NCBI GenBank assembly: GCA_963754925.1 | Contig: CAVWHX010000004.1 | Location: 32,001 to 96,000 of the forward strand | Origin: an uncultured delta proteobacterium | GTDB taxonomy: Bacteria; Myxococcota; B64-G9 | Direction: 5' to 3' | Length of the DNA: 64,000 bases | Part shown: one piece after another, positions 41,103 through 51,145 of the stretch | Numbering within the stretch: the first letter of the stretch is position 1 | Layout of the letters: the number at the start of each line of letters is the position of its first letter | The notes under the pieces: model-generated | Told to the model about the DNA's origin: nothing | Databases searched by the model: none | What the model saw: only the letters and a program-made list of their open reading frames with translations | Made by a program: the position numbers and the translations under genes

Positions 41103-41249
41103 CTATTTCCCTCTCTGAGGCGCCTCCCGGAATGGACCAAAACCACCACTTGGATTTGTTCCAAAAGAGTTGGTCACCATCTCGATTTTTTTTGAGGAGA
41201 TGTTTGGTTTGACATACCGGTTCTTTTTTTTATTGCCTCGAATTTTCAT
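41103..41249 (-). CDS. Putative RiPP precursor, 48 aa: MKIRGNKKKNRYVKPNISSKKIEMVTNSFGTNPSGGFGPFREAPQRGK
   Basis: Manual translation; GGAGGA RBS, ATG at 41249, TAG at 41103-41105; basic leader with YxKP; directly upstream of the modification genes. Confidence 0.8.
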   Translation of the reverse strand: MKIRGNKKKNRYVKPNISSKKIEMVTNSFGTNPSGGFGPFREAPQRGK

Positions 41250-41292
41250 GGCCGTTTCCTCCAACCACCACGGTTCTAATAAAACTTAACAA

Positions 41293-43728
41293 TCAATAAA
41301 GCACAAAGAATGCACCGTTAAAGCTACCCACTACCACATCCGGCAACCCATCGCCATTGAAATCACCAAGCGCCACTCCGGAACCGAGTAATTCAGCTCC
41401 AAAAACATTTCCCGCAAGAACGACGTCCGCGACATCGTTGAAATACTGACCCGCGCCGGTGTTTAAAATATGTATGCGTATCCCTGGGTGAGATTAGGGT
41501 TGGTGCCGGTAATAATATCCGGAAGCCCATCCATATTGATATCAGCCGCATCGAGTGCCCAGCCAAAGTTCATTTCTGTTTGGCCGGTGATCGTTTTCAA
41601 TGGATCTGAAGAGATACTATTATTGGCGCCGGCAAACAAGAAGACCTGACTGCCATTAGGCCTTGTAACTACGAGATCGGGAATACCGTCGCCGGTGAAA
41701 TCTATACCTCCAACCGCATAAGCGCCAAAGCCAAGATAATAGCTGGGAGGCGGCAACGTGTTGCCCTCTTCTAACGTTTCGAGCGACACACCGGTTGTTT
41801 CGGGATCGAGATCTACCGTCGTTGGATTACCCGTGGTGTTAGTGGCTGAGATGGTAGCGCCGCTAAAAATGTATTCCTTATTGATCTCGCAGGCGGGCAA
41901 CGCAAAATCGCCGTAGCCATCGCCATCGATATCGCCTAACGACGTGGCGCCGAACCGATATCCAAATCGATTATTGGCCGCATTGCCAAGGAATATTATG
42001 TCAGCCTGTGCAGCCTGAACATATCCATTACCAGCGGCCAAAGTAGACCAATGACTTTTGGTACGGCCGAAGAAAATGTATCCCTTACCCTGAAATCCGG
42101 ACGCCCTCGGTGCAGCGATAAAGATGTCGTCGATGCCATCCTTATTGATATCCCCGATGATGCGCACGTCATAACCAAATCTGTCACCTGCTGCCTCACC
42201 GCGGATCTCAACATCCGGGGTGCTTGGAAGAGGCTCATGATCGCGTCCAAAGAAGATGTGAGCACGGCCCGTTGAATTGTTGAAACCATAACCGCCCACA
42301 ATCAGATCGGTATAACCGTCTCCATCCACATCCCCGCGCCCGCTGGCGTATAAGCCAAAGTCCTCGGCGCTACCGGGGATCGTTAGCAGTTGCGGGGTTG
42401 CGGGAAGCGCCCAGGCGGATAGATCGCTCGTCCCATAGTATATATATAACGCGCCATCGTAATTGTTGTAGTCATAAGCGCTCACCGCCAAGTCGTCGAT
42501 GCCATCGTTGTTCACATCTCCAATGTTCCAGACATCTTGTCCAAAATATACGCCCGGGACGGTGGGTGGGGTGACGGGGGGTTGTGGAGGCGCCACGAGG
42601 TTCCACAGGTTGGCTAAAGAAACATCGTTTGTGGGGATCGGACCTAACGTTTCCCGCTTCGTCAACCGCCCGCATTACAAAATGGTAGGTATTCAAAGGA
42701 GGTAGTTTCGTCGCCAGGAACGTCTCGGCACTTCCCGCGGCTTGCGGAACAACCGATGTCATGTCGATCACCGTGGCGGCGCTCCAATCAGATTCGGTCG
42801 CGATCGGACTGAGCGACCAACGCAACAAATAGGCCGTGGCGGTTCCCGTGTCGCAATCATTACCCACCGCGGTCCAGTTTAGCCGTACGTCCGCATGACG
42901 GCTGGCCGCCGGAGGAGTATCAAGCGCGGCGGTAAAGGTCGGTTAATAGCGCACGGCGGCGTCACATCCCCATTCAGCGTCACCATGATTTGGGCCACTA
43001 CCGTGCTCCCATCATTTCCGGTGGTTTCCACCTGCAACACATCACTCCCCTCAACCAGGGTGGTGTCATTCCAGGCCGCTTTTGAATTAGCGAGCGTGGT
43101 TGATAGCGGGGCGCCACTGTTGATGGTCAACGTTATTGCCGTTCCGTCATTGACCGCCTTGCAAACAACCTGCACATTGCTTTGGAACCCCGCCAACCCT
43201 GGGTCGCTATCCTCTGTTTCGACGAAGATGGCGCCGTCAGTTGGATTCACGAAACGGCAGGCGGGGACATTCAGAGTGACCACAATATCTTTACAGCTAT
43301 CGATCGTTTGGTCTTTTATGCTGCACGAAGAACTGCCGGTAGTTTTGTAGCCTACCTGGATGGTGCCGGTGACGCATATATGGTTGGTTCCCTCCAAAAA
43401 GGTTTGGTTGCCAAAATCAATATGTCCTGTTCCGGTGGCTTGATCGTCGATCACCACGGTTCCCTCAACGTTTCCACCCGAGTTCTGATTGTTGCTGAGA
43501 AGCAGCTTTTGACCGATCCTTAATGCACGTCGTAACGACACTTACCGGACATTGAACACCGGCGGTATTGGGATCCAGATCATCAAACTCGGTCAATGCA
43601 GCCGAGCCGGTAGGGCTCGTGAAGTCAATCGTCGGTTGACAATCACAGGCATTCCCCCCTCCGTGGCAGCCGCCTACTAATAAAAGTACGCTGAGTCCCA
43701 CGGCAAAGACCATTGATAGCCGAACCAT
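41293..43728 (-). CDS. Large lipoprotein with Ig-like/FN3-like domains and FG-GAP beta-propeller, split by about 4 frameshifts
   Basis: GGAGG RBS + MVRLSMVFAVGLSVLLLVGGC; contiguous fragments 43465-43728, 42879-43541, 42472-42867, 41463-42665 and a final piece GDFNGDGLPDVVVG to TGA at 41293; repeated GD(V/I)(N/D)xDG..D. Confidence 0.7.
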
Positions 43729-43917
43729 TAATGACCTCCACGTTTGTCTTACGGAAGACGCCCCGAAGCGCAGACTTTCATATATTATAATAAAATATAA
43801 CTTCAAATCAACATACTAGAGAAATATTCTTTTCCCCTCTGACCTTGACCTAACGAACCACGCGTAGAACGGAAATCGAATTCATATTCAGGCACGGTCG
43901 ACTCTGATGAGAGGGAC

Positions 43918-44375
43918 TCAAACTTTGTCAACCAGACCCTTCTTGGCTAAGCACTCGACAAACCAGAGGGTATCCTTCTGCGCCCGATCGCGGGCAACCT
44001 CAAATTCAGCTGCCAGGACTTGCGCAAATTCTTTGAGCGAGCGTTGGCCATCGATGGCTTCCCAAATTCGAGTGCCCGTATCGTTGAGAGAATGCATGGT
44101 GCTGTCAACCGGGGTAATCACCACCGCCTCTCCATCGATCAATCGCCAGGCTACCTCGTGTTGGCGCTGGATAACATGGTTGAGGCTGAAGCTCACCGGA
44201 GCAGAAGACTGCTGGGCGTCGCCCGACGATTTTGCTGATTTTGAGAAGTTTTTCTTTTTGATTGGTTTTTTCAACACCGGTTTATGCGTTGACTTCTTCG
44301 CAACCGACTTTTTGGCCTTGGCGGCCTTCTTTACCGCCTTCTTTGCAACCGCGGGTTGTTTCTTTTAATTGCCAT
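43918..44375 (-). CDS. PqqD/RRE-domain protein with Lys/Ala-rich histone-like N-terminal tail (1-nt frameshift after the start)
   Basis: WRLIDGEAVV...HSLNDTGTRIWEAIDG...EFEV...D...F...L..KGLV; upstream frame AKKAVKKAAKAKKSVAKK; GGAG + ATG at 44375. Confidence 0.85.
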
Positions 44376-44446
44376 GTGCTCCCCTATGAATGAATGTCAC
44401 CTCGCAACAAGAAATGAGTGTAGAATCAGTCCCCTCCTCTTGTCAA

Positions 44447-45703
44447 TCATTCGTCGAAACGGTCGGCCGCCTCGGCGGTTGTAATAATTTCCAGGGGTGG
44501 ACCCTCACGCAACAGCGCTTCGTTAAGCTGCAAAAGGCAACCAGAACAATCCGTTACAACCATCGCCGCGCCCGATCGTCGTATCTGTTCCACCTTCTTA
44601 TGGGCAATGCCCACTGAGAGATCGTAATGCGCTACGTTGAAGCTCCCCCCATGGCCACAGCAGGAGCAGGGTTGCTCCAGTTCAACAAACTCGGCTTTCT
44701 TGAGGTGAGTCAAGATAAGCCGAGGGGCGTCCTTCTCCTTAAAGCCCAGCAAAAGGTGGCAGGGATCGTGAAAGGTCAATAACGTTTTCTCCGGCCGGGC
44801 CTGCGTACGTTCCGTCACCCGACCCGGCCCCTCGCGATTAATCCCCCGCAGGTTGGCCAATAGTCGTGAAAACGGTATCACCCGCTCGGCCAGCAGCTTC
44901 GCCCGACGGGAGAGTTGTGGCTTGGTGAGGAGGAGCGTGGGCAGGTGCTCCTTTAACATCCAGGCGCACGATGCGCACGTAGTGGTAATGAAATCGGGGA
45001 GTGAGCCCGTTTCGGGGACCAATGCATCCAGATTACGCTGAGCTAAAAACAGCGCAGATTCATTTTCGCCGGTGCCGTAAGCGGGCAGGCCGCAGCACGT
45101 TTGTTCTTTCGGAACCACCACCGCCGCCCCGGCGCGCGCCAAAACCCGCACGGCTGCCTCAGCCGCCTGCGGCCTGAGGTAGTTGTTCACACAGCCGACA
45201 AACAAGGCAACGACGGGGCGGCCGGTCGTCGCGGCCGAGGGAACATCACGATCGAGGAAAAAAGGGTCGGCCAGAGGCGGGAGGGTGTGCCTCTCGCCTT
45301 TGGGCCCACGCAGGAAACGGATATATAGCCCACTCCGGCGTGGCACCCGCGCCGCCCAGAGAGCTCTGCATCCGCGCGCACCTTTGAGCAATAGCGGCAA
45401 TGCATGCTGCGCCGGCAGCAACCGGCGCAACAGCAGGTGCTTAAGCCAATCCGTTTGGTTGTGCTCGACTAAGGCTGCCCGGGCGGCCTGCATCACCAAC
45501 GGCGTGTCAACCTCGTTGGGGCAACTATTCAAGCATCGCCCGCACAACAAACAGGCCGAAAGAAAGGAACGGTACGCTTGGCTAGTCGACAGGCAACCCT
45601 GCTCATGGGCGGCAACGAGTTGTAGCTTGCCGCGCGCCACAAACCCCTCGTGGCGTCGTTGATCATACACCGGGCAAACGTTCATGCAGGCGCCGCACCG
45701 CAC
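44447..45703 (-). CDS. glcF: GlcF-like Fe-S oxidoreductase subunit
   Basis: Two CxxCxxCxxxCP motifs (the first starts just upstream of 45703), LFVGC, TCCG, HDPCH, CCG.GG. Confidence 0.8.
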   Translation of the reverse strand: MRCGACMNVCPVYDQRRHEGFVARGKLQLVAAHEQGCLSTSQAYRSFLSACLLCGRCLNSCPNEVDTPLVMQAARAALVEHNQTDWLKHLLLRRLLPAQHALPLLLKGARGCRALWAARVPRRSGLYIRFLRGPKGERHTLPPLADPFFLDRDVPSAATTGRPVVALFVGCVNNYLRPQAAEAAVRVLARAGAAVVVPKEQTCCGLPAYGTGENESALFLAQRNLDALVPETGSLPDFITTTCASCAWMLKEHLPTLLLTKPQLSRRAKLLAERVIPFSRLLANLRGINREGPGRVTERTQARPEKTLLTFHDPCHLLLGFKEKDAPRLILTHLKKAEFVELEQPCSCCGHGGSFNVAHYDLSVGIAHKKVEQIRRSGAAMVVTDCSGCLLQLNEALLREGPPLEIITTAEAADRFDE

Positions 45704-45741
45704 GCACCGATCGAGCTCTTGTGAGACGTTGGGTTCCGTGG

Positions 45742-47135
45742 CTACACCTCCGGGATCGGAAATATCTTGCCCGGGTTGAGAATGTTGTTGGGATCAAGCG
45801 CGGCCTTTATCCGGCGCATGGTCTCCATGACCACCGCGGAAAGCTCGAGCCCGAGGTAGGGCTGCTTGGTCGTGCCCACCCCATGTTCTCCGGTGATGCT
45901 GCCCTGGAGCGCCACCGCGAGCTCAAAGGTCTCGCGTATCGCGTCATCCACCCGGCGACGTTCATCCGCGTCATCCGGGTGTATCAGAAAGTTAACGTGA
46001 ATATTGCCGTCCCCGGCATGCCCGAAACAGGCGCAGGCCACCCGATGACGCTGAGCGAGATCGTGCACCCCGACAATCGCTTCCGGCAGTCGCGCGATGG
46101 GCACCACGATATCCTCGTTGAACTTGTGCGGAGCGATGCGCGCCAGGGCCGGACCGGCCAAGCTCCGGGCTTTCCACAACAGCTCGGCTTCCTGTTCATC
46201 CCTGCTCATACGCACCGTGCGCGCTCCACCGGCGCGCATGATTTCATCCACCCGGCGGGCCGCGCGTTCGACCTCGCCGGGGGCGCCATCGACTTCAATC
46301 ACCAGCACCGCCGCGGCGTCGGTGGGTAATCCAACCGGCTGGTATTCTTCCACGCAGCGGATAGTCTCGCGATCGATCAACTCGATCGCCGCTGGCACCA
46401 CCTTCGCGCGGATAAGGGCCCCTATCGCCGTCGCCGCAGCCTCAAGCTGGTCGAAAACAACCAGCGCGGTCTTTCGGGTTTCGGGTGCGGGGATCAAACG
46501 GAGCGTCGCCTCGGTGATGATTCCGAGCGTGCCTTCGGACCCGACGAGCAAAGAGACCACGTCGTAACCAGCGACCGATTTCAAAGTACGGGCGCCGAGT
46601 CGCACTATCTGACCTTGCGGAAGGACCACCTCGAGCGCGAGCACATACTGGCGGGTCACCCCATACTTGACCGCGCGCGGACCGCCGGCGTTTTCGGCCA
46701 GATTGCCGCCCAACGTGCAGGTCTCTTTGCTCTGCGGATCGGGCGGATAAAAGAGCCCGCGTGAGGCCGCCTGTTCCTGCAACTCGCTCGTCACCACACC
46801 CGGTTGAACGACTGCTTGAAGGTTATGCTCGTCGATCATCAGGATACGGTTGAGGCGCTGGGTCGAGATGATTACCCCGCCCTGAATCGCCCGGGCTCCA
46901 CCGGTCAGATTGGTGCCTGCCCCGCGGGGGATGACCGGGAAACGCTGCAGGTTGGCAAGCGTTACTATTTCAGCGATCTCACGGGTAGTGGCCGGAAAAA
47001 CAACGGCATCAGGCAAAGCCAACGGCGCCTGCGGCGTTGCGTCATAGCCATAGAGCGTTAGCTCCTCCGGAGCGGTTTAAGGTATTCCGCGCCGACGATG
47101 CTTCGAAGCTCTTTGAGGACGCTTTTCGCGAGCAT
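45742..47135 (-). CDS. glcD: GlcD-like FAD-linked 2-hydroxyacid oxidoreductase (frameshift near 47077)
   Basis: PRGAGT.LTGG, YPPDP.S, KYGVT, GSEGTLGI, GHAGDGNIH, GEHGVG, LNPGK; AAGGAG + ATG at 47135. Confidence 0.85.
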
Positions 47136-47227
47136 GTTCCCGTCTCCTTGGAATACAATATGTGCCCGTTCCGCAGAGATCGCAAGGCGCCCCCGCTGGA
47201 ATCTACGATGTTCACGCCATCATCGTC

Positions 47228-47520
47228 GTAGGGGCAGGGCTTGCCCTGTCCTCATTGGCTATTGAGGGCGCGGCGAGCAGCGCCCCTACAATCCTGGATC
47301 CCCAGCCAAGCCCATAGGATAAGAGACGGTAACTCCCTTCGGTCGTAACATTCTCTAACCCCTAAAGGGATAAGAGACCGTGAGCTTCGCTCTGCTCAGC
47401 AACGGTCTCTAACCGCACAGCGCTTTCGCGGGGATGACAAAAATCTCTTAATACGTCACCCCCGCGCAGGCGGGGGTCCAGACTAAGTCTCTCCTGGATT
47501 CCCACTTTCGTGGGAATGAC
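47228..47520. repeat. Cluster of REP-like and dRS3-like palindromic elements
   Basis: GTAGGGGC...GCCCCTAC; two GGATAAGAGAC...TCTCTAACC units; GTCACCCCCGCGCAGGCGGGGGTCCAG...CTGGATTCCCACTTTCGTGGGAATGAC. Confidence 0.8.
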
Positions 47521-47570
47521 CCCCAGAGGTTTTTATAGCAATTGCATGGACGGAAGCAGGTTGAAATGGG

Positions 47571-48539
47571 TTAAGCTTTTGCTTTCTTGATCTCTTCGAC
47601 CATCTCGGGGACGGCCTTGAAGAGATCGGCGACGAGCCCGTAGTCGGCGACGTTGAAAATCGGGGCCTCTTCGTCCTTATTGATGGCCACGATAACCTTC
47701 GAGCCCTTCATACCGGCCAGGTGCTGAATGGCCCCCGATAATCCCACCGCGACGTAGAGGTCGGGAGCAACCACTTTGCCGGTTTGCCCGACTTGAAGGT
47801 CATTCGGGGCCCAGCCGGCGTCCACGGCGGCACGGGAAGCGCCCACCGCCGCTCCCAACAAATCGGCCAGCCCTTCGATCAGCTTAAAGCCTTCCGCACC
47901 CTTGGTCCCGCGTCCGCCGGAGACAATCACACGCGCCTCGGTCAATTCGGGACGGGTTGATTTGACTTCCTCAAAACGCACAAACCGCTTTTTCAAGGTT
48001 CCCAGGTCCACCGAAACGGCGACGGATGCCTTCTGTCCGCCCGAGGCACCCTTGGCGGCCGGCTCGAATTCGGTCCCGCGAACGGTCACCACCTTGCTCG
48101 GCGTGGTGAGCTCAACCGCCACGACCGCCGCACCGGCCCATACCGGCCGTAGGAAATGACCGGCGTCGTTGAATCCCAGGATGTCGGATGCCATACCGGC
48201 CTCGAGCTTGCCGGCCACGCGCGGCATGAGATCCTTGGCCATCGACGTCGAGGTCATACCGATTACCTCGGCGTTTATCTCCTTGGCGAGCTTAGCGACG
48301 ACGATGGCATAACTTTCGGCGAGATAGGCGCCGAGCACATCGGCATCGGCGACATGGACCTTAGCCGCCCCATAGCATAGGGCTTCGTCGGCGACCTTTC
48401 CCGCGCCTGTACCTAACACCACGATGTGGAACTCCCCACCGCGCTTAGCGGTATACTGCTTGGCGAAGGTAAAGCTCGCGAGGCTTGCTTTCTTGAGGGT
48501 TCCCTCTTTCTGCTCTGCGACAATCAAAACGTTGCCCAT
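47571..48539 (-). CDS. etfA: Electron transfer flavoprotein alpha subunit
   Basis: [36 protein letters not shown]. Confidence 0.95.
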   Translation of the reverse strand: MGNVLIVAEQKEGTLKKASLASFTFAKQYTAKRGGEFHIVVLGTGAGKVADEALCYGAAKVHVADADVLGAYLAESYAIVVAKLAKEINAEVIGMTSTSMAKDLMPRVAGKLEAGMASDILGFNDAGHFLRPVWAGAAVVAVELTTPSKVVTVRGTEFEPAAKGASGGQKASVAVSVDLGTLKKRFVRFEEVKSTRPELTEARVIVSGGRGTKGAEGFKLIEGLADLLGAAVGASRAAVDAGWAPNDLQVGQTGKVVAPDLYVAVGLSGAIQHLAGMKGSKVIVAINKDEEAPIFNVADYGLVADLFKAVPEMVEEIKKAKA

Positions 48540-48566
48540 GGTTTTTCTCCTTGGCCTCGGATTGCT

Positions 48567-49320
48567 CTAAAGCACCTTGGCTTCATCCCGCAGCTTGGTT
48601 ATCAGAGTCGGAACGTCGGGGACCTTGATGCCCGCTTTGCGCTCGGTCGGTTCCGAAAGCTTATGCCAGACCACCCGCGGTTTGGTATCAACGCCCGTTT
48701 GGTCAAGCGGGATCTCTTTAATCGGCTTTCTTCTTGGCTTTCATGATGCCGGGCAACGAGGCGTAGCGTGGTTCGTTGAGACGCAGGTCGGCGGTGATAA
48801 CCGCCGGAAGATCTAATTCGACGATATCGAAACCACCGTCCACCTCGCGGGTGACCGTCGCCTTCTTGAGATCGGCCGACAGTTCGACCTTCGAGGCAAA
48901 GCAAGCCTGACCGACGCCCATGAGTTCGGCCAAGAGCTGTCCGGCCTGATTGTTATCGCCATCGACCGCCTGCTTGCCCATGAGAATGAGATCCGGCTTC
49001 TCCTCATCGACCAGCTTCTTGAGCACCTTCGAGACCGCCATCGAATCGACGAATCCATCACTAATAACATGGATTCCCCGATCGGCGCCCATCGCGAGCC
49101 CGGAGCGAATCTCCTTCGAGGATTCTTTGGGGCCGATGCTGACAATCACAATCTCGGCGCTGTTTTTCTCCTTGATGCGGATAGCCTCCTCGATAGCGAT
49201 CTCGTCGAAAGGATTAACCTTGTAATCAACCCCATCGGTGACGATACCGCTGCCATCCGGCTTAACCTTGATCTTGACATCCGGATCGGTGACCCGTTTT
49301 GCGGTAACCAAAATCTTCAC
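48567..49320 (-). CDS. etfB: Electron transfer flavoprotein beta subunit (frameshift near 48728)
   Basis: NPFDEIAIEEA, LAMGADR, GKQAVD.D, NEPRYASL; C-terminus continues in another frame to LRDEAKVL*. Confidence 0.92.
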
Positions 49321-49468
49321 GGCCAACCTCCTTGTGTAAATTCAGAGGATGCCATTTTCTTTCGGCCGCACGAGCATGTCAAGCATAATTGACTCATTTG
49401 TCAGCTATTTTTATTTATCCTGTACTATCAATTACTTGCGTAAATATACGAAGAGCTTTCCGCATCAG

Positions 49469-49958
49469 CTACTCCAAGCGCCGCACGCGTTGGCCGCTTT
49501 CGCCCAAGGATGAAAGCAACTCGGCTATAGTGCGGCCGAGCACGGGGTGCCGAACCTGCGGCGCGATTTCGGCAAGCGGCGCCAAAACAAATCGGCGTTC
49601 TTGCAGACGCGGGTGGGGAATGACGATCCCCGGTTCGGAGAGCACCGCCGTGCCCCACAACAATAAATCGATGTCGATTACCCGCGGTCCGAAGCGCACC
49701 GTCGGCGTTCGCCCAAACTGTATTTCAATCTCTTTAAAATACGCGATAAGTTTTTGAGCCGATAGGTCGGTATCAATCCCCACGGTCAGGTTGATAAAGT
49801 CCGGCTGATCGGTGACTCCCATGGGCTCGGTCTCGTACAGCCCCGACACCGCCCGCACCCGCACGTCGGGCAGCGCTCGCACCCGCGCGATCGCGTTGCG
49901 GCAGTTTTCTGAGCCGCTCACCGAGGTTCGATCCAATCGACAGATAACAGGGGGGCAT
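49469..49958 (-). CDS. folK: 2-amino-4-hydroxy-6-hydroxymethyldihydropteridine pyrophosphokinase (frameshift near 49907)
   Basis: YLSIGSNLG, YETEP, QPDFIN, GPRVIDIDLL, IPHPR..ER.FVL.PL. Confidence 0.9.
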
Positions 49959-49960
49959 CG

Positions 49961-51130
49961 CTAGCCGCTCAAACCGGCCTTTTTGATGCGCGCGACGGCT
50001 TCCTGCAGGCGGCTCTCGTCGACGGTCAACGAGAAGCGCACATAGCCTTTGCCGGATGGCCCGAAACCAGATCCCGGCGTTACCATCACGCCGACCTTCT
50101 CGATCAGTCGGCCGGCAAAGCTGACGTCATCGCCGCCCGGCACGGGCATCCAAACATAGAACGTCGCCCGGGGGACGAACGGCTCGTATCCGGCCGCGCG
50201 CAATCCCGTTATTAATACGTCACGCCTGCGTTGATAGGTGGCCAGAAGCTCGGGCAGGTACGTGGGCCAGCTGCGCAGCGCCTCTACCCCGGCCAGTTGA
50301 ACCGCCTGAAAGACGCCTGAATCGAGGTTGTTTTTGAGGGTCCCCAGCGCTCCGACTATCTCGCGGGCGCCGACCGCGAAGCCGACCCGCCAGCCGCACA
50401 TGCTGTACGTCTTGGAGAGCGAATGAAACTCGATGGTCACGGGCCGCGCATCTGAAAGCTCGAGCACCGACGGCGCCCGGTAACCGTCGAAGGTGATCTC
50501 CGAGTACGCCGAATCCACGCAGAGAATGCACCCGTGCGCATGGGCGAAGGCCACGGCTTTCTCGAGGAAGGCTCGATCGGCCACCGCCGTTGTGGGATTG
50601 TTGGGGTAGTTGATCCAGAGAGCCTTGGTACGCGCGGCGACTTTTTTTGGGATCGCATCCAAATCCGGCATGAAACCGTGCTCGGCGGTCAAGGGCATAC
50701 CATAGGGTTCGCCTCCCGCCAGATGAGTCGCAATCGAATAGACGGGATATCCCGGATCGGGGCAGAGCACCACGTCGCCGGGATCGACCAGCGCAAACAT
50801 GAGGTGACCAATGCCCTCTTTCGTGCCGATGAGCGCCAGCACTTCTTGATCGGGATCCAACGTCACCTGGTAGCGGCGCCCAAACCACTCCGCCGCCGCC
50901 TGTCGAAAAACCGGCGATCCGGCATACGCCGGGTACCGATGGGTTTCGGGATCGTGCAGCGCCCGTTCGCCGGCTGCCACGATTGTAGGCGGGGTCGGTA
51001 TATCGGGATCGCCGATCGTCAGGGCGATCACATCCACGCCCCGCGCCTTGGCGGCTTCCTTTTTGCGATCGAGATCCGCGAATAAATACGGGGCCAACAA
51101 ATTCATTCGCTTCGCGAGCGGCGAACTCAT
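49961..51130 (-). CDS. dapL: LL-diaminopimelate aminotransferase
   Basis: PYLFA, IGDPD.PTP, NYPNNPT, EFHSLSKTY.M.GWRVG; in the dap operon. Confidence 0.85.
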   Translation of the reverse strand: MSSPLAKRMNLLAPYLFADLDRKKEAAKARGVDVIALTIGDPDIPTPPTIVAAGERALHDPETHRYPAYAGSPVFRQAAAEWFGRRYQVTLDPDQEVLALIGTKEGIGHLMFALVDPGDVVLCPDPGYPVYSIATHLAGGEPYGMPLTAEHGFMPDLDAIPKKVAARTKALWINYPNNPTTAVADRAFLEKAVAFAHAHGCILCVDSAYSEITFDGYRAPSVLELSDARPVTIEFHSLSKTYSMCGWRVGFAVGAREIVGALGTLKNNLDSGVFQAVQLAGVEALRSWPTYLPELLATYQRRRDVLITGLRAAGYEPFVPRATFYVWMPVPGGDDVSFAGRLIEKVGVMVTPGSGFGPSGKGYVRFSLTVDESRLQEAVARIKKAGLSG

Positions 51131-51145
51131 CCACCTATCTCCTTG

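Noticed and set aside
36487..44375. Lasso peptide or PQQ biosynthesis cluster
   Set aside because: No asparagine-synthetase-like cyclase or transglutaminase-like B2 peptidase, no acidic residue at core positions 7-9, no pqqB/C, and no ExxxY PqqA motif.
47228..47520. CRISPR array or integron attC array
   Set aside because: Only two similar units, no regular repeat-spacer period, no cas or intI gene, and no cassette ORFs between units.
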